Source: Basidiobolus meristosporus CBS 931.73
Taxonomy: Eukaryota > Fungi > Basidiobolomycota
Direction of reading: 5' to 3'
Length of the DNA: 38,725 bases
Assembly: GCA_002104905.1 (NCBI GenBank)
Contig: MCFE01000760.1
Coordinates: forward strand, 1 to 38,725
Shown here: positions 1-12,005 of the stretch, one piece after another
Layout: every line of letters starts with the position of its first letter
How positions within the stretch are numbered: the stretch's first letter is position 1
Made by a program: the position numbers and the translations under genes
Notes under the pieces: generated by a model
What the model saw: only the letters and a program-made list of their open reading frames with translations
Databases searched by the model: none
What the model was told of the DNA's origin: nothing

Positions 1-216
1 AGGCTGTGGCTGATGACTCATTTGATTGCATCATCATTACCCAATAAGATCCCACCTGGTATATTTATTTCTGTCTGATAAGGATCTGCTGACTCATTTG
101 CTGACTAATGCTACTGATTTGATGCACATAACTGATCTACTGATAACCTAAATGTATACTAATTGATTTGACTACGAACTGATCTAACCTAAACATTTAA
201 GAGGCAGATCATAACA
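1..216 (-). repeat. Partial LTR of gypsy family B (5' part, cut by window start)
   Basis: Reverse complement begins TGTTATGATCTGCC and aligns with 1416-1632 and 13148-13360. Confidence 0.85.
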
Positions 217-416
217 GTGAAGTCATCTTTTGCTGTGACACTTTACTTCTGCCACTGATGGCATGGTAGACAATGTTATTAAGGTACTCAAGCTGATTCT
301 TTAGCTTCTCTGTATTCAAGTTGGCTAACTCTGTAATCTGCAAGTCTTCAAAGTTGTTGAATCTTTTTCCAAACATCAAAAAAACGGCATTGATCCATGT
401 CAAGTAGTTTGTTCAT

Positions 417-590
417 ACTAATCTACAAGTTTATATGTTGACAAAAGGGATGATGATTTGTTGTTGAGGGATTGCCTCCTTTATATACTTTTCTTACTGG
501 CAAAGTGATTACTAATTATGGTGTTCCAGAAGGTTGCAGTGTTCAAATAGAAGTCTTAATGACTTCAGAATGAGCTAAGAATGCCCCAAG
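417..590 (-). repeat. Degenerate internal fragment of the gypsy family A LTR
   Basis: Aligns co-directionally with about 33005-33180 (GGGATGATGATT..TTGTTGAGGG..TATATACTTTT..GTGATTACTAAT..GGTGTTCCAGAAGG). Confidence 0.8.
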
Positions 591-633
591 TAGATGCAAC
601 AGCAAAAGTAACTCAAGAACCTCAGCCTGCAGC

Positions 634-1088
634 TGTTATAAGTCTTGGTATAAAGCTGTATCTGTCAGGTAAGATGCTGCATAATGTAGTTTGCTTTCTG
701 GGGTATCTACCTCAGCCTTAATGGCTTCTTTGATCTGAAGGAGCCAAGTTCCCAGGCTTTCATTCACTCTACCATGGTACAGGTTGACCTTCACACTAAA
801 GTGGCTCTTAACAGGGTTTTGCTGGCTTTGGGCCTTGGTAGTCATTCCTTGTTGCTGCTGGGCCAGGATGTATTACAGAGCATTCTTGCATTCTTTATCT
901 TCTGACATCTTGTGAGAGAATTTATTGTTCTTCACAACGGAGGTGTCTGGTTATTGCTGCTACCAATATTGCAAATCATGATATAAGAGTTGCAGAGCAA
1001 TAGGGAGTTTAGCTGGTACTGTATTCACTGAAACTTGAACTGAACTTTATTCAGGCTCCAGCAGCTGCTTATATACATTTTGCCAGAT
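634..1088 (-). mobile_element. Internally deleted gypsy family B remnant: 3' part of 5' LTR, PBS, gag N-terminus, last ~25 bp of an LTR
   Basis: LTR-B homology at ~970-1088; PBS TGGTAGCAGC at 965-956; ORF 636-845 has a retrotransposon-gag signature (GTWLLQIKEA..KLHYAASYLTDTAL) and ends in CCAAGACTTATAACA, matching the LTR-B end CCAAGACTTGTAACA. Confidence 0.75.
956..965 (-). promoter_or_regulatory. Primer-binding site of gypsy family B (3' end of initiator tRNA-Met type)
   Basis: TGGTAGCAGC just downstream of the LTR end. A decayed copy, TGATAGCAGC, lies next to the LTR at 13673. Confidence 0.6.
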
Positions 1089-1124
1089 GTCCAGATATCT
1101 CCCATCTAGTGGGATTTGTGGGCC

Positions 1125-1330
1125 TTCATATTCACAGCTGTCCATCTCAGCAGGTAAGTGGATGCTGTGATACTTTAAATAAGCTACTGATATCTGCTTA
1201 AAGTACATTCATAAGAACTTGGAGCACTATCTTCAGGTTATCCTGATGTTGAATAGGGACAACTGTCAAGTAAGATAATTCCTTGCAGGATTAACCTCAC
1301 CTCATTGTTAAACAGCAATTTTTGGAACTA
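1125..1330 (+). pseudogene. Highly degenerate retrotransposon integrase core fragment
   Basis: Piecewise translation resembles TA.HPQ.NG..E.LNKLLIS.L..YIHKN...HYLQ.IL; many stops and shifts. Confidence 0.4.
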
Positions 1331-1415
1331 AAGAAAGCCAACCAAGGCAGTTCTCACAACAGTGGCAGAGTATACAACATCTTGTAAGGCAATAAAAATT
1401 GCCATGTGGTTAAGA

Positions 1416-1789
1416 TGTTATGATCTGCTGTTTGAATGTTTAAGTTGGATCAGTTTTTGGTCAAGTCAATTAGCTAGATGTTTAGCTTATAATTATATCA
1501 GTATTATCTATCAGATCAGTAGCATTAGTTGGCAAATGACTCAGCAGATCCTTATCAGACAGAAATAAATATACCAGGTGGGATCTTATTGGGTAATGAT
1601 GATGCAATCAAATGAGTCATTAGCCACAGCCTACATTAGGAAATACAATTAGTCAGCAATAGATCTGGCAAAATTTATATAAGGAGCTGCTTGAACCTCA
1701 ATAAAATTGGTTCAAGTTTAAGTGAATACAATTCTAGCTAAACTCCCTATTCCTCTACAACTATTATACTAAGACTTGTAAAAAAAACA
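1416..1789 (+). repeat. Solo LTR, gypsy family B
   Basis: TGTTATGATCTG...AAGACTTGTAA(A)nCA; aligns end to end with 13148-13515; no matching TSD seen. Confidence 0.8.
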
Positions 1790-2571
1790 GTATTTGCAGG
1801 ACCTAAATGTATGTTAAATACCTCTACTACATAATTTCATGATATCAAGAGTTTATATATCAGTTGGTAAAAATAATTCTTTTCATGCCTAATTTAATCA
1901 AATAAGTATTAGACACTGTTTTATACACTCCAGATATTTTACTTTGACCTCAGGTACCCAGAACATACATGTTCTCAATGTTGTCAAGACAGCCCCAAAC
2001 TTGGCACACATGTTTGTTTGAATGTCTTAAGTGTACTTGATGTGTTTGTTATATGGTTGCTTGGTTTAGTTCTGCTTAGTGTTCATATATGATTCAATCC
2101 TATTTTGTGGCAATCTATTAAGTCCCTATGACCAGTGAAATACTCAACCCCACCCTGTTTTCTATTGGTAACCTCACTCAGTTAAGCATGCAAAAAGTGT
2201 CTCTTTCTATATTTCCCATTGCACCCTATCAATAGGAATACTTCACAGGAGACACAAATTAGTCTAGCAGGTAGATCCAATATGAATCACCATCAGGATG
2301 CTGTTGGAATTTAAGAAGTGATATGGATATTGAACTAATTAGGAAACAGTCAAACTCAGGAGCATTCTGTAATGGTTTCATGGTTAGTACAAAGTGTTTG
2401 TTAAAATTGTTAATCTGATCTTGACTATAAGGAATAATCCTAGGATTGTAGATCTGAGGAAAATGGCAAAGTTTGGGCTGCAAATTAGTCCTACATTGAC
2501 CAGGACAAGTTCAGAACTGTTGAGTAAGTTGGTAGCTGCTGGATGATATCAAATAGTACAATATTTTGACT

Positions 2572-3564
2572 ATCCCCTCAACTAAACAGTTCCTTAATCC
2601 CCAATTCCTCTCTGAGATTCACATGTTGTGGTCTAGCCAGTGGTTTTGTCAATATATCAGCCACCATTTGGTCAGTTTGACAGTAAATTAGCTCTACAAA
2701 GTTAATTTCTACAATTTTTCTCACAAAGTGGTGATTTATATCTATTTGCCTATTTCAGGTATGATTAGTGGGATTCCTAGCTAATGAAATACAATTATGA
2801 TTTTCTGCGTAAATACATGTTGGTTGATGTAAAGTAAAACCTAGGTCTTTGAATAATTTCTGTAGCTATCTAGCCTCCTTAGCTGCTTGGCATGCAGCCA
2901 TAAAATCAGCTTCAGTTGTAGATAGGGCCACTGTTGGTTGTTTCTTACAATTCCAAGTAACAGCTGCACCAGCATGAAGAGTTACATACCCTGTGGTAGA
3001 GCATCTGTCAATCAGATCCCTACCCCTATCTAAGTCACTATGCCCATCAAATTCTTGTTTATTAGCTGTTTCAGAGTCTTCCAGTACCACATTTATGGTA
3101 CCATGAAGAGATCTGAAAATCTGCCCAACTACTCTGATTCAATCTGATCCATAATTCTGCATAGGTTGAACAACTATTCCAGCTGCAACTGCAACATCTG
3201 TATGTGTAGCCAGCATCAAGTACAACAGGCTACCAGTCACTAATTGAAAGAGAAATTTTTGGTTCATAATTGAGCCATTTTCACTAATAACTGGCTGAGA
3301 TTTGCCCAATTTTACATTATTGTCCAAAGGGGTAGCTACAGGTTTGCAAGTTTCCATTTTGAAGCATCTAAGAATGTCTCTGATGTACTTAGACTGATTC
3401 TGCTAAATTAGCTGCGTAGGTATGTCAGATTTCACTGCAATTCCCAGAAAAGAGCTCAATTCTCCAAGATCTTTCATCTCATGCTTGCTGAAGAGATTAG
3501 ATTTTGTCTGTTCAAGTGCCTCCTGGTCACTTGTAGCTATTAATAGGTTGTCCTCATCAAGAGC
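2572..3564 (-). pseudogene. copia RT C-terminal half and RNase H (degenerate)
   Basis: DSDLDRGRDLIDRCSTTGY..WNCKKQPTVALSTTEADFMA; colinear with 8064-9053. Confidence 0.85.
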
Positions 3565-4234
3565 TGTGGGAATTTAGGAAGTGCTTTGTATATAATGAAC
3601 CTATCAAGAAAAGTGATGAAAGAGGAGGTGCAGCTTATTCATAATGTGGATCAGTATTCATACTTCTGTAGAAGTAATACAGCTGAAGCACTATGTAAAG
3701 AGGGTCTCCAACATTCAGGGCATTCTGTAACAATATCATGGTTAGTATGCAATGCTTGATAAAAAGTGCTAATTTGATCATGACAATGGGGAATAATCAT
3801 AGGATTGTAGATCTCAAGAGACAGGCAAAGTTGGGGCTGCATATTACTCCTGCAAGAACAAGGACTAGTCTGGAACTGTTAAGTAAATTTTTAGCTGATG
3901 AATGATACTAAATAGTCCAATAATATACCACTCCCCCTAAAGTAAATTATTTCTTAATCCTAACTCCTCTCTGAGAATCTCAAATTGTGGCCTAGCTAGT
4001 GGCTTTGTCAGCATATCTGCCACCAATTTGTCAGTTAAGCAGTAAATCAACTCTACTAAGTTATTTGCTCAAACATTCCTAACAGAGTGGTGTTGTATAT
4101 CTATTTGCTAAGTTGTTGCATGAATAGTAGGATTCCTAGTTAATGAAATACAATTTTGATTATATTTGTAAACACATGTTGGTTGATATGAATTAACGCC
4201 AAAGTCTTGATATTATTTCCATAGCCATACAGCC

Positions 4235-6232
4235 CCCTTTGTACTCTTTGGCTCCCGCTTTGAGAGTTTTCTGTCATGTATGTGATAAAAGACACCATGG
4301 CCAAAGATCCTGAGGTGCTGAAGATCTGATGTTTTTCTTGTATATGCTTCAATGAGTGTATAACTACATAGTGCTGTTGTTTGGCATCTACCCTTGATAT
4401 TTACTATGGTAGCAACAGATTCAGCCCAAACTTGTAGCCCATTCCCTTATCATGTAGCATAAATCTTTCCATATCTACTACTGTTCTATTTGCATGTTCT
4501 GCTACTCCATTGTGCTGTAGAATATGTGGAACACTTGTTTGATGAGCTATACCAGTAGATGAGCAGTATTTTGCAAACTCTTTTGAGCAGTATTCTTCTC
4601 TAGTGTCAGTTGGAGGTACCTTCAACTTACACCAGGTTTGGGGATACTGCCATGTTTGTGAAGCATTGATACATCTCTAAAGCCTCATCATTTGTTTCAA
4701 GGAAGTACACCCATGTATATCTTGACTTGTCTTCAATAAACATCATAGAGTATTTCTTATCTCCAAAGGACAGTGTCCTCATGGACCCACAGATGTCTGA
4801 ATGTACAATAGCCAACATTTTAGTGGTTTTACCGCCTCCTGAGCTTCTAAAATGTTGCCTAGCTTGTTTGCAATATGAATTTCCCTTACAGATATGCAGT
4901 TTGATTCAAATTGTGAAACTTGGACCTTAAACTAGCTGGTTTTTCACCAATTGGCTCATCTTCTGCTCCCCACCATATCCTAGCCTCCTATGCCACATCT
5001 CCCAGTTAGTTTCAACAATTTTGGCATACTCAGGTACAATGATCTTGCATTGTAGTTTGTATACACTGTGATCTGTGATTCTCAAAGCCAATTTCTGGGC
5101 ATTTTCATTCAATAGTGAGCAGATCAGCTCAGTAAAGACAAATATCTGTCCCTGAGCAGTTGATTTACTGACCGAGAGTAGGTTCTCAGCTATTTGAGGT
5201 ACATAGAGTACATTAGTCAGGTTAGTTGTTGTAGCCCCTGAGATATCAATTATATTTAGTAGTATAGATTCACTAGCAGTAGCTTTCAGTGCAGAGTTGT
5301 CTCCCAGATAGGCCTCTTTTGGGTCAATAGTCTATGAGTTGCTGAACCACTCCTCTATCTTGCAATTATGTTGTGATGTTGCAGAGTCTATATACCATTG
5401 CTTACTTTGCTTGCTTGTACTCCCTTAAACAGTTACAATAGCTGTTCATCAGTAGTTATATGGTTTGCCTGATCAAGTTTCTGTTTTTTGTCTACTTATT
5501 TGTGCTTGCATTTGTATGCCCAGTGCCCTGCTTCTTAAAGTAGTTACAGTAACCAGGTGTTCTTGCATTTTGCTGCTTTCCCTTCTTTTCTGCTTGCCTT
5601 TCTCAGCTGAATAATGCATTGTCTTCAATTTTCTCTGCTTGATCATCATGTCCAGGTTCTTCATGGAGAAGTCTTCCTTTGACAGAGTCTGAAGTCAAAT
5701 TGTCTTCACTGCTTTCAAATAAAGTAGGAGTGGCTCAAACCTGTCTAGCCGGCTGCAATGCAGACAGAGTATCTTTTCTTTATCAACTACCCCTGCATTA
5801 ATACTGTGAAGTTCTTCTGCAAGTCTCTATGCTGTTAGTGAGTTTTAGAATGTTATCATCTGACTTCTTCCTCATGTTGAAGAAATTTTGTTTTAAGTAA
5901 AGCTTGCTTAATACTGACTTTGCTCTAAAGATCTTCTTTAAGGATTCCCATGCTGCTTTGGCAGTACCTGAAGCATGGATTTGTCCAATGAAGGAATCCT
6001 GCACATTGATAGATATAGCATTAAAGGCCTTTCTCTCCTTTTCTTGAGACTTCTTCACTACTTCTGCTGTTCTGTTGGGGTCAACATCACTTTCTATTAC
6101 TACATCCCAAAGCTTTCTTTCCTCATAGTGGATCTGCATCATGATTCTCCAAAGTCTATAGCTCTTCCCATCAATCCTCTCCATTACAGGGAAGATATTT
6201 TAATTTTTTTGTTTGTTGGTAGAAGTCATCTT
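4235..6232 (-). pseudogene. copia gag-protease-integrase (degenerate)
   Basis: DGKSYRLWRIMMQIH..., VHSDICGSM..., HNGVAEHANRTVV; colinear with 9970-11981, with many stops and frameshifts. Confidence 0.85.
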
Positions 6233-7700
6233 TAGAATTGATTAAAACAATTGGAGCTCATAGCCTGTTGCAGTTTAAAAAGTAATTTGGATAAACTGAA
6301 CTTATCAAGACATAGTGATAATAATTGAACTGTTGTTTATTTGTGAAGTAGATCAGTATTTATACTTTAATGAAGTAATATAGCTGTAACACTAAGTAAT
6401 GTGTGTTTCTTAACATTCAGGAGCATTCTATAAAAATTTCAGGGCTGGTATAGAATGTTTGGTAAAAAGTGCTAATTTGATCTTGACTATAGGAAAATAG
6501 TCACAGGATCATGGCTCTAAAGAAGCTTCAAAGTTAGGGCTACAAATTAGTCCTAGGTTGACCAAGACTAGTTTAGAGCTGTTAAGTAAGTTATTAGCTG
6601 CTGAATGATACCAAATAGTTTAATATTTCAGCAGATGCTACCTGGAAACCATTATGGAACCAGCAGCTTGGAAACATTGACAATTCCAAGAAGGTAGCAG
6701 TAAGATTGTGGCAGTGTTTTGCAACTTACACTATTGTCAGCTTTGTAATTACAAAAGCACATTCACCTAACTTTGTAGCTTAGAATACTGTGTATAAATG
6801 CTTGAGGATTCTGATCAAGCTCATTGTACAGTTATATTAGGAGTATTCTTACCATTATACTAGGTGCCTAACACTGGAGATTTCTTAAAGATGTCTGAGC
6901 AGCCCCATATCCTGTATGCTTACGCCTGGGCCCTACCTAGATACTCTAAGGTGACTGCTTTGCCAAGAACACATTGAGCTACAAACACCATGGTAGATTC
7001 ATCTATTAATCCATGAACCCTACATAATCTTCTACTTATTAAAGTCACTTCTAAAAAACCCAAGCTTTTACAGGAGCTTATAAGACTGATATTGTCATAC
7101 AATGCAACTTTCACACCTCTTTTACTGAAATTTTCCTTTGGCTCCTGAGTTGTTTCAATCTGAATTCTAAGTCTGAAAGAAAAAAGTGAAAAGGTGGCCA
7201 GCAGAAAAAGGATATGTGGTATTGCTGTGCAAGGCAAATCCTTTCCTACCAGCAAGGGAAACACACCTTAAAGTACCAAACAAGGTGAAAAGATCTTTAA
7301 CTACAGCTGTCTTAATATTGAGGATAAGTTGCTAATCTATCCTCAGGTGCAAAATGACAAAGACTACCTGAAAGACATTATAAGACACCAACTGGTCATG
7401 CATGACTGCAAAGAACTTGTAAAAGAAGATGGTGATTCTTTACTTCTAAGAAGTTCCTACAAGAAGTAAAAATATGTCTAAAATATAGTTCTATGAAAGT
7501 AATAGATGTTGCAGGTAGATTCTATCCAGATCAGCTGTTAAGATCCTATCAGGAGACTGTTGTAATACCAGCAGCTAGGAGTTTATGATACTCTACATGA
7601 TCTTGTGTTAGGATCAAATGGCATTTGGCCAATTTACTTGCAAGCTTGAGCCTGTATCATGAATATATGAACTAATTCTTCACAGATATTCCCTTGTTTG

Positions 7701-8069
7701 TGTTGCAATTTAAGAAGTGATTTGGATATAAGGAACTTATCAAGAAATAGTGATAATAGTTGAACTGTTGTTTATTCATAAAGAAGCTCAGTATTTATAC
7801 CTTTGTAGAAGTAATACTGCTGCAACACTAAGTAGGGAGGGTTTCTCAATATTCAGGAGCATTCTGTAACAGTTTCAGGGTTAGTACATAATGTTTGGTA
7901 ATAGTGCTAATTTGATCCTGACTATAGGGGAATAATCATAAGATCATGTATCTGGAGAAAGTGGCAAAGTAAAGGCAGTAAATGAGTCCTACACTGACTA
8001 AGACTAGCCTAGAATTGTTAAGTAAATTTTTAGCTGCTGAATGATACCAAATAGTCCAATATTTCAACA
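7701..8069 (-). repeat. 3' LTR of young copia
   Basis: Direct repeat of 12018-12386; preceded on the minus strand by the polypurine tract GAGGGGGAG (8070-8078). Confidence 0.97.
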
Positions 8070-11000
8070 CTCCCCCTCAACTAAATAATTTCTTAATCCT
8101 AATTTCTCTCTAAGGATCTCAAACTGTGGCCTAGCTAGTGGTTTTGTCAATATGTCTGCCACCATTTTGTCAGTTGGGCAGTACACCAGCTCTACTAAGT
8201 TATTTTCTACAGCTTCCCTCACAAAGTGATGCTCTATATCAATGTGCTTAGTTCTGGCATGATTAGTAGGATTTCTAGCTAATGAAATACAACTCTGATT
8301 ATCCTTGTGAATACATGTTGGTTCACCTGAATTAAAACCTAAGTCTTTGAGTAATTTTGGTAGCCATATAGCCTCCTTAGTTGCTTGACATGCAGCCATA
8401 TATTCGGCTTCAGTTGTAGATAGTGCCACAGTTGGTTGTTTCTTGCAATTCCAAGTAATAGCTGCACCAGCATAAAGAAATACATAGCCTGTGGTAGAGC
8501 GTCTGTCAATCAAATCCCTACCCCAATCTGAATCACTATAACCATCAAATATTTGCCTATTAGCTGCTCCAGAGTATTCCAGTACCATATTTATGGTATC
8601 TTATAGATATCTGAAAATCCACTTAACTGCTGCAATTTGATCTGATCCATAATTCTGCATGAATTGACTGACTATTCCAACTGCTACTGCAATATCTGGA
8701 TGTGTAGACACCATCAAGTACATTAGGCTACCAACCATTGATTGATAGGGAAAGTTTTGGTCCATATTTGAGCTGTTTTCATCTATAACTGGCTGAGATT
8801 TGCTTAATTTCAGGTTATTGTCCATAGGGGTTGCTGCAGGCTTGCAATTTTCCATTTTGAAGCGTCTAAGAATGTCCCTGATGTACTTAGACTGATTCAG
8901 CACAATTTTCTGCGTAGGTATGTCAAATGTGACCTCAATTCCAAGAAAATAGCTCAATTTTTCAAGATCTTTCATCTCAAACTTGCTGAAGAGATCTGAT
9001 TTCGTCTGTTTAAGTGCCTCTTGATCACTTGTAGCTATAATTAGGTCGTCCACCTAAAGAACTAGGATGATCACACCCTTTTTGAGCTGTTTCACATATA
9101 TACTGGGATCTGCAGTGCTACAAGAGAACCCAATTTCCTCTAGATATGTGTCAATCTTGTTATACCATGCTCTGGGTGCCTGCTTAAGCCCATACAACAA
9201 TTTTTTAAGTTTGCACACCTTATGGGGGCTTTCTGGATCGGTAAAACCTTCTGGTTGCTCCATATATATAGTTTCTTGCAAATCCCCATTTAGAAAGGCT
9301 GTTTTGACGTCCATTTGGTGTAGATCTAGACTGTGTACAGCTGCCAGGGCTAGAACTGTCCTAATAGAGTTAAACTTGGCAACCGGAGCAAATGTTTCCT
9401 TAAAGTCTAGTCCCTGGATCTGGGAATAGCCTTTAGCTACCAATCTAACCTTGTACTTATCAACGGCACCATTTGAGGTTATCTTGATCTTGTAGACCCA
9501 TCTACATCCTATTGGCTTTCTCCCATTTGGTAAATCTACCAGTTCCCACATTTTTGCCTTGATCAGTGATTGGTACTCCTCCTGCATGGCTTGTTGCCAC
9601 TTAGTAGCATCTGGACCTTGCATTGCCTGTTCCAGATTCTGAGGTTCAGCACATAAGGCAAGATAAGCTTCTTCATGATCATTGGATGTCTGCCACCAGG
9701 ATCCAGGGGCATTTCTTGTTCTGGTAGATCTCCTAACTGGGATAATCTGTTCTGATCTGGAACTGGTAGAAGTATCTTCCATCTCTGGCTGGATTTGGTA
9801 TGTATCTTCTTCATTTGTGTTGATTGCATCATCAGGCAGCTGGCCAATGATTTCCATGGCATTCTGATCTCAATTCTCCTCAAATACAACATCCCTACTC
9901 TTGATCAGCTGCTGAATTTTGCCATCATACACTCTATACCCTTTAATATCTTCACAATACCCAAGAAAGATCCCTTTTCTACTCTTTGGTTCCAACTTTG
10001 AGCGTTTTTTGTCAGGGATGTGATAAAAAACATCACTGCCAAAGATCCTGAGGTGTTGGAGATCTGGTTTTTTGCCTGTATATGCTTCAAAGGGTGTAAA
10101 ATCACGTAGTGCTGCTGTTGGGCATCTGTTCTTGATTTATACAGCGGTATTAACAGATTCAGCCCAAAACTTGAAGTCCATTCCCTTATCATGTAGCATA
10201 GATCTTCCCATCTCTACTATTGTTCTATTTGCACGTTCTGCTACTCCATTTTGCTGTGGAGTATGAAGAACTGTGGTCTGTTGAAGTATACCAGTAGACA
10301 AGCAGTTTTTTACAAACTCCTTTGAGCAGTATTCTCCTCCATTGTCACTTTGTAGTACCTTCAATTTACACCCAGTTTGTGTTTCTGCCATGTTCTTGAA
10401 GTGCTTAGACGTCTCTAAAGCTTCATCCTTTGTTTTGAGGAAGTACACCCATGTATATCTTGTTTTGTCATCAATAAACGTCATAAAGTATCTCTTAGCT
10501 CCAAAGGACAGTGTTCTCATGGGGCCACATATGTCTGAGTGTACAATAGCCAATATTTTGGTAGTATTGATGCCTTCTGAGCTCTTGAAACGTTGCCTAG
10601 CTTGTTTGCCATATGAACATCCCTTACAAACATTCAATTTGATCAGAATTGAGTATTTTAGGCCCAAAACAAGCTGATTTTTCACCAATTGGCTCATTTT
10701 CTGTTCCCCTATGTGTCCTAGCCTCCTATGCCACGTCTCCCAGTTGGTTTTATCAGTTTCAGCAATGTTGACATACTCAGGTACAATGATCTTGCATTGT
10801 AACTTGTATATATTGTGATCTCTGATACCCAAAGCTAATTTTTGTCCATATTTACTCAGTATTGAGCAGCTCAGCTTAGTAAAAACAAATTTCAGTCCCT
10901 GTGTAGTTGCTTTACTGACTGAGAGTAGGTTCTTAGCTATTCCAGGTACATAGAGTACGTCAGTCAGTTTTGCTGTTGTTGCCCCTAAGTTATCACTCAT

Positions 11001-11981
11001 ATTTAGTTGTATAGACCCACTGGCGGTAGCTTCCAATGCAGAGTTATCTCCCAGATAAACCTTTCTTACAGGAATAGTCCTTAAGTTGCTGAACCAATCC
11101 TTTATACCACAAATATGCTGTGATGCTCCAGAGTCAATATACCATTCATTACTTTGGTTACTTGCACTCTCTTGTACAGTGACAAATAACTGTTCATCAG
11201 TAGTTATATGGTTTGTCTGCTCTAGTTTCTGTTTTTTGTCTGCTTGTTTCTTCTTACATTCTCTTGCCCAGTGTCCTGGCTTCTTACAGTAGTTACAGCA
11301 GCCAGGTTTTCTTCGGTTTTGTTGCTTTCCCTTCTTTTCTGTATGCCTTTCTGAACTGAATAAAGCATTATCTTCAATTTTCTCTGCTTGATCATTACGT
11401 CTGAGTTCTTCATGGAGAAGTCTTCCTTTGACATAGTCTAAAGTCAAGTTGTCTTCTCTGCTTTCAAAAGAAAGTATGAGTGGCTCATACTCGTCTGGTA
11501 GGCTGCAAAGCAGACAGAGTATCTTTTCTCCATCATCTACACCAGCATTAATACTGTAAAGTTCTTCTGCAAGTGTCTCCATTCTGGTAATGAGTTGTAG
11601 CATGTCATCATCTGGCTTTTTTCTCATGTTGAAGAACTTTTGTTTCAAATACAGCTTGCTTGATACTGACTTTGCTCTAAAGATCTTCTCTAAGGATTCC
11701 CATGCTGCTTTGGCAGTATTTGAGGCATGGATTTGTCCAATGAAGGAGTCTTGCACATTGATGCATATTGCATTGAAGGCCTTTCTCTCCTTCTCTTGAA
11801 ACTTCTCCACATCTTCTGCTGTTCCTTTGAGCTCAACTTCCTTTCCTGTTACTATGTTCCAAAGCTTTCCTTCCTCAAGGTGGATCTGCATCTTGATTCT
11901 CCAAAGTCTGTAGTTCTTCCCATCAAACCTCTCCTTTACAGGGAAGATGTTGGTATTGCTTTGTTTGCTGGTAGAAGTCAT
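8064..11981 (-). pseudogene. copia gag-pol polyprotein: one 1306-codon frame with 4 internal stops
   Basis: ORFs 10137-11981, 9054-9857, 8601-9053 and 8064-8588 share one frame. CCHC knuckle CNYCKKPGHWAREC; protease WYIDSGASQH; HHCC/GAG-pre-integrase; integrase VHSDICGP..QSDNGGEY..NGVAERAN; RT DVKTAFLNG..LYGLKQA..*VDD; RNase H YSDSDW..STTEAEY. Confidence 0.95.
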
Positions 11982-12005
11982 CTTTAGAATAGATTAAGGC
12001 AATCG

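Larger units (their letters stand above)
2302..6633 (-). mobile_element. Old Ty1/copia composite with three LTRs (2302-~2570, 3565-3930, 6266-6633)
   Basis: GATGC on both outer sides (2297-2301 and 6634-6638). All three LTRs are homologous to 7701-8069. Decayed PBS at 6253-6265; PPT-like tracts at ~2572 and 3931; gag, integrase, RT C-half and RNase H fragments in ORFs 5798-6184, 4404-4818, 3139-3357 and 2866-3090. Confidence 0.88.

Noticed and set aside
1-1632. Inverted ~200-bp repeats (1-216 and 1416-1632) as termini of a DIRS-like or TIR element
   Set aside because: Both are ordinary TG..CA LTR-B copies in opposite orientation. There is no tyrosine recombinase or transposase between them.
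9054-10139. TAA and TAG both at conserved Tyr positions, suggesting stop-codon reassignment (TAR = Tyr)
   Set aside because: TAT and TAC are used normally in the same ORF. Other internal TAR stops fall at Gln- or Trp-like positions, and TAG terminates the gypsy integrase. Two point mutations are sufficient.
9067-11987. Plus-strand ORFs antisense to copia gag-pol, and similar ORFs at 18701-19168 and 34559-34834
   Set aside because: Shadow ORFs of long coding frames, with no motifs and no conservation between copies.
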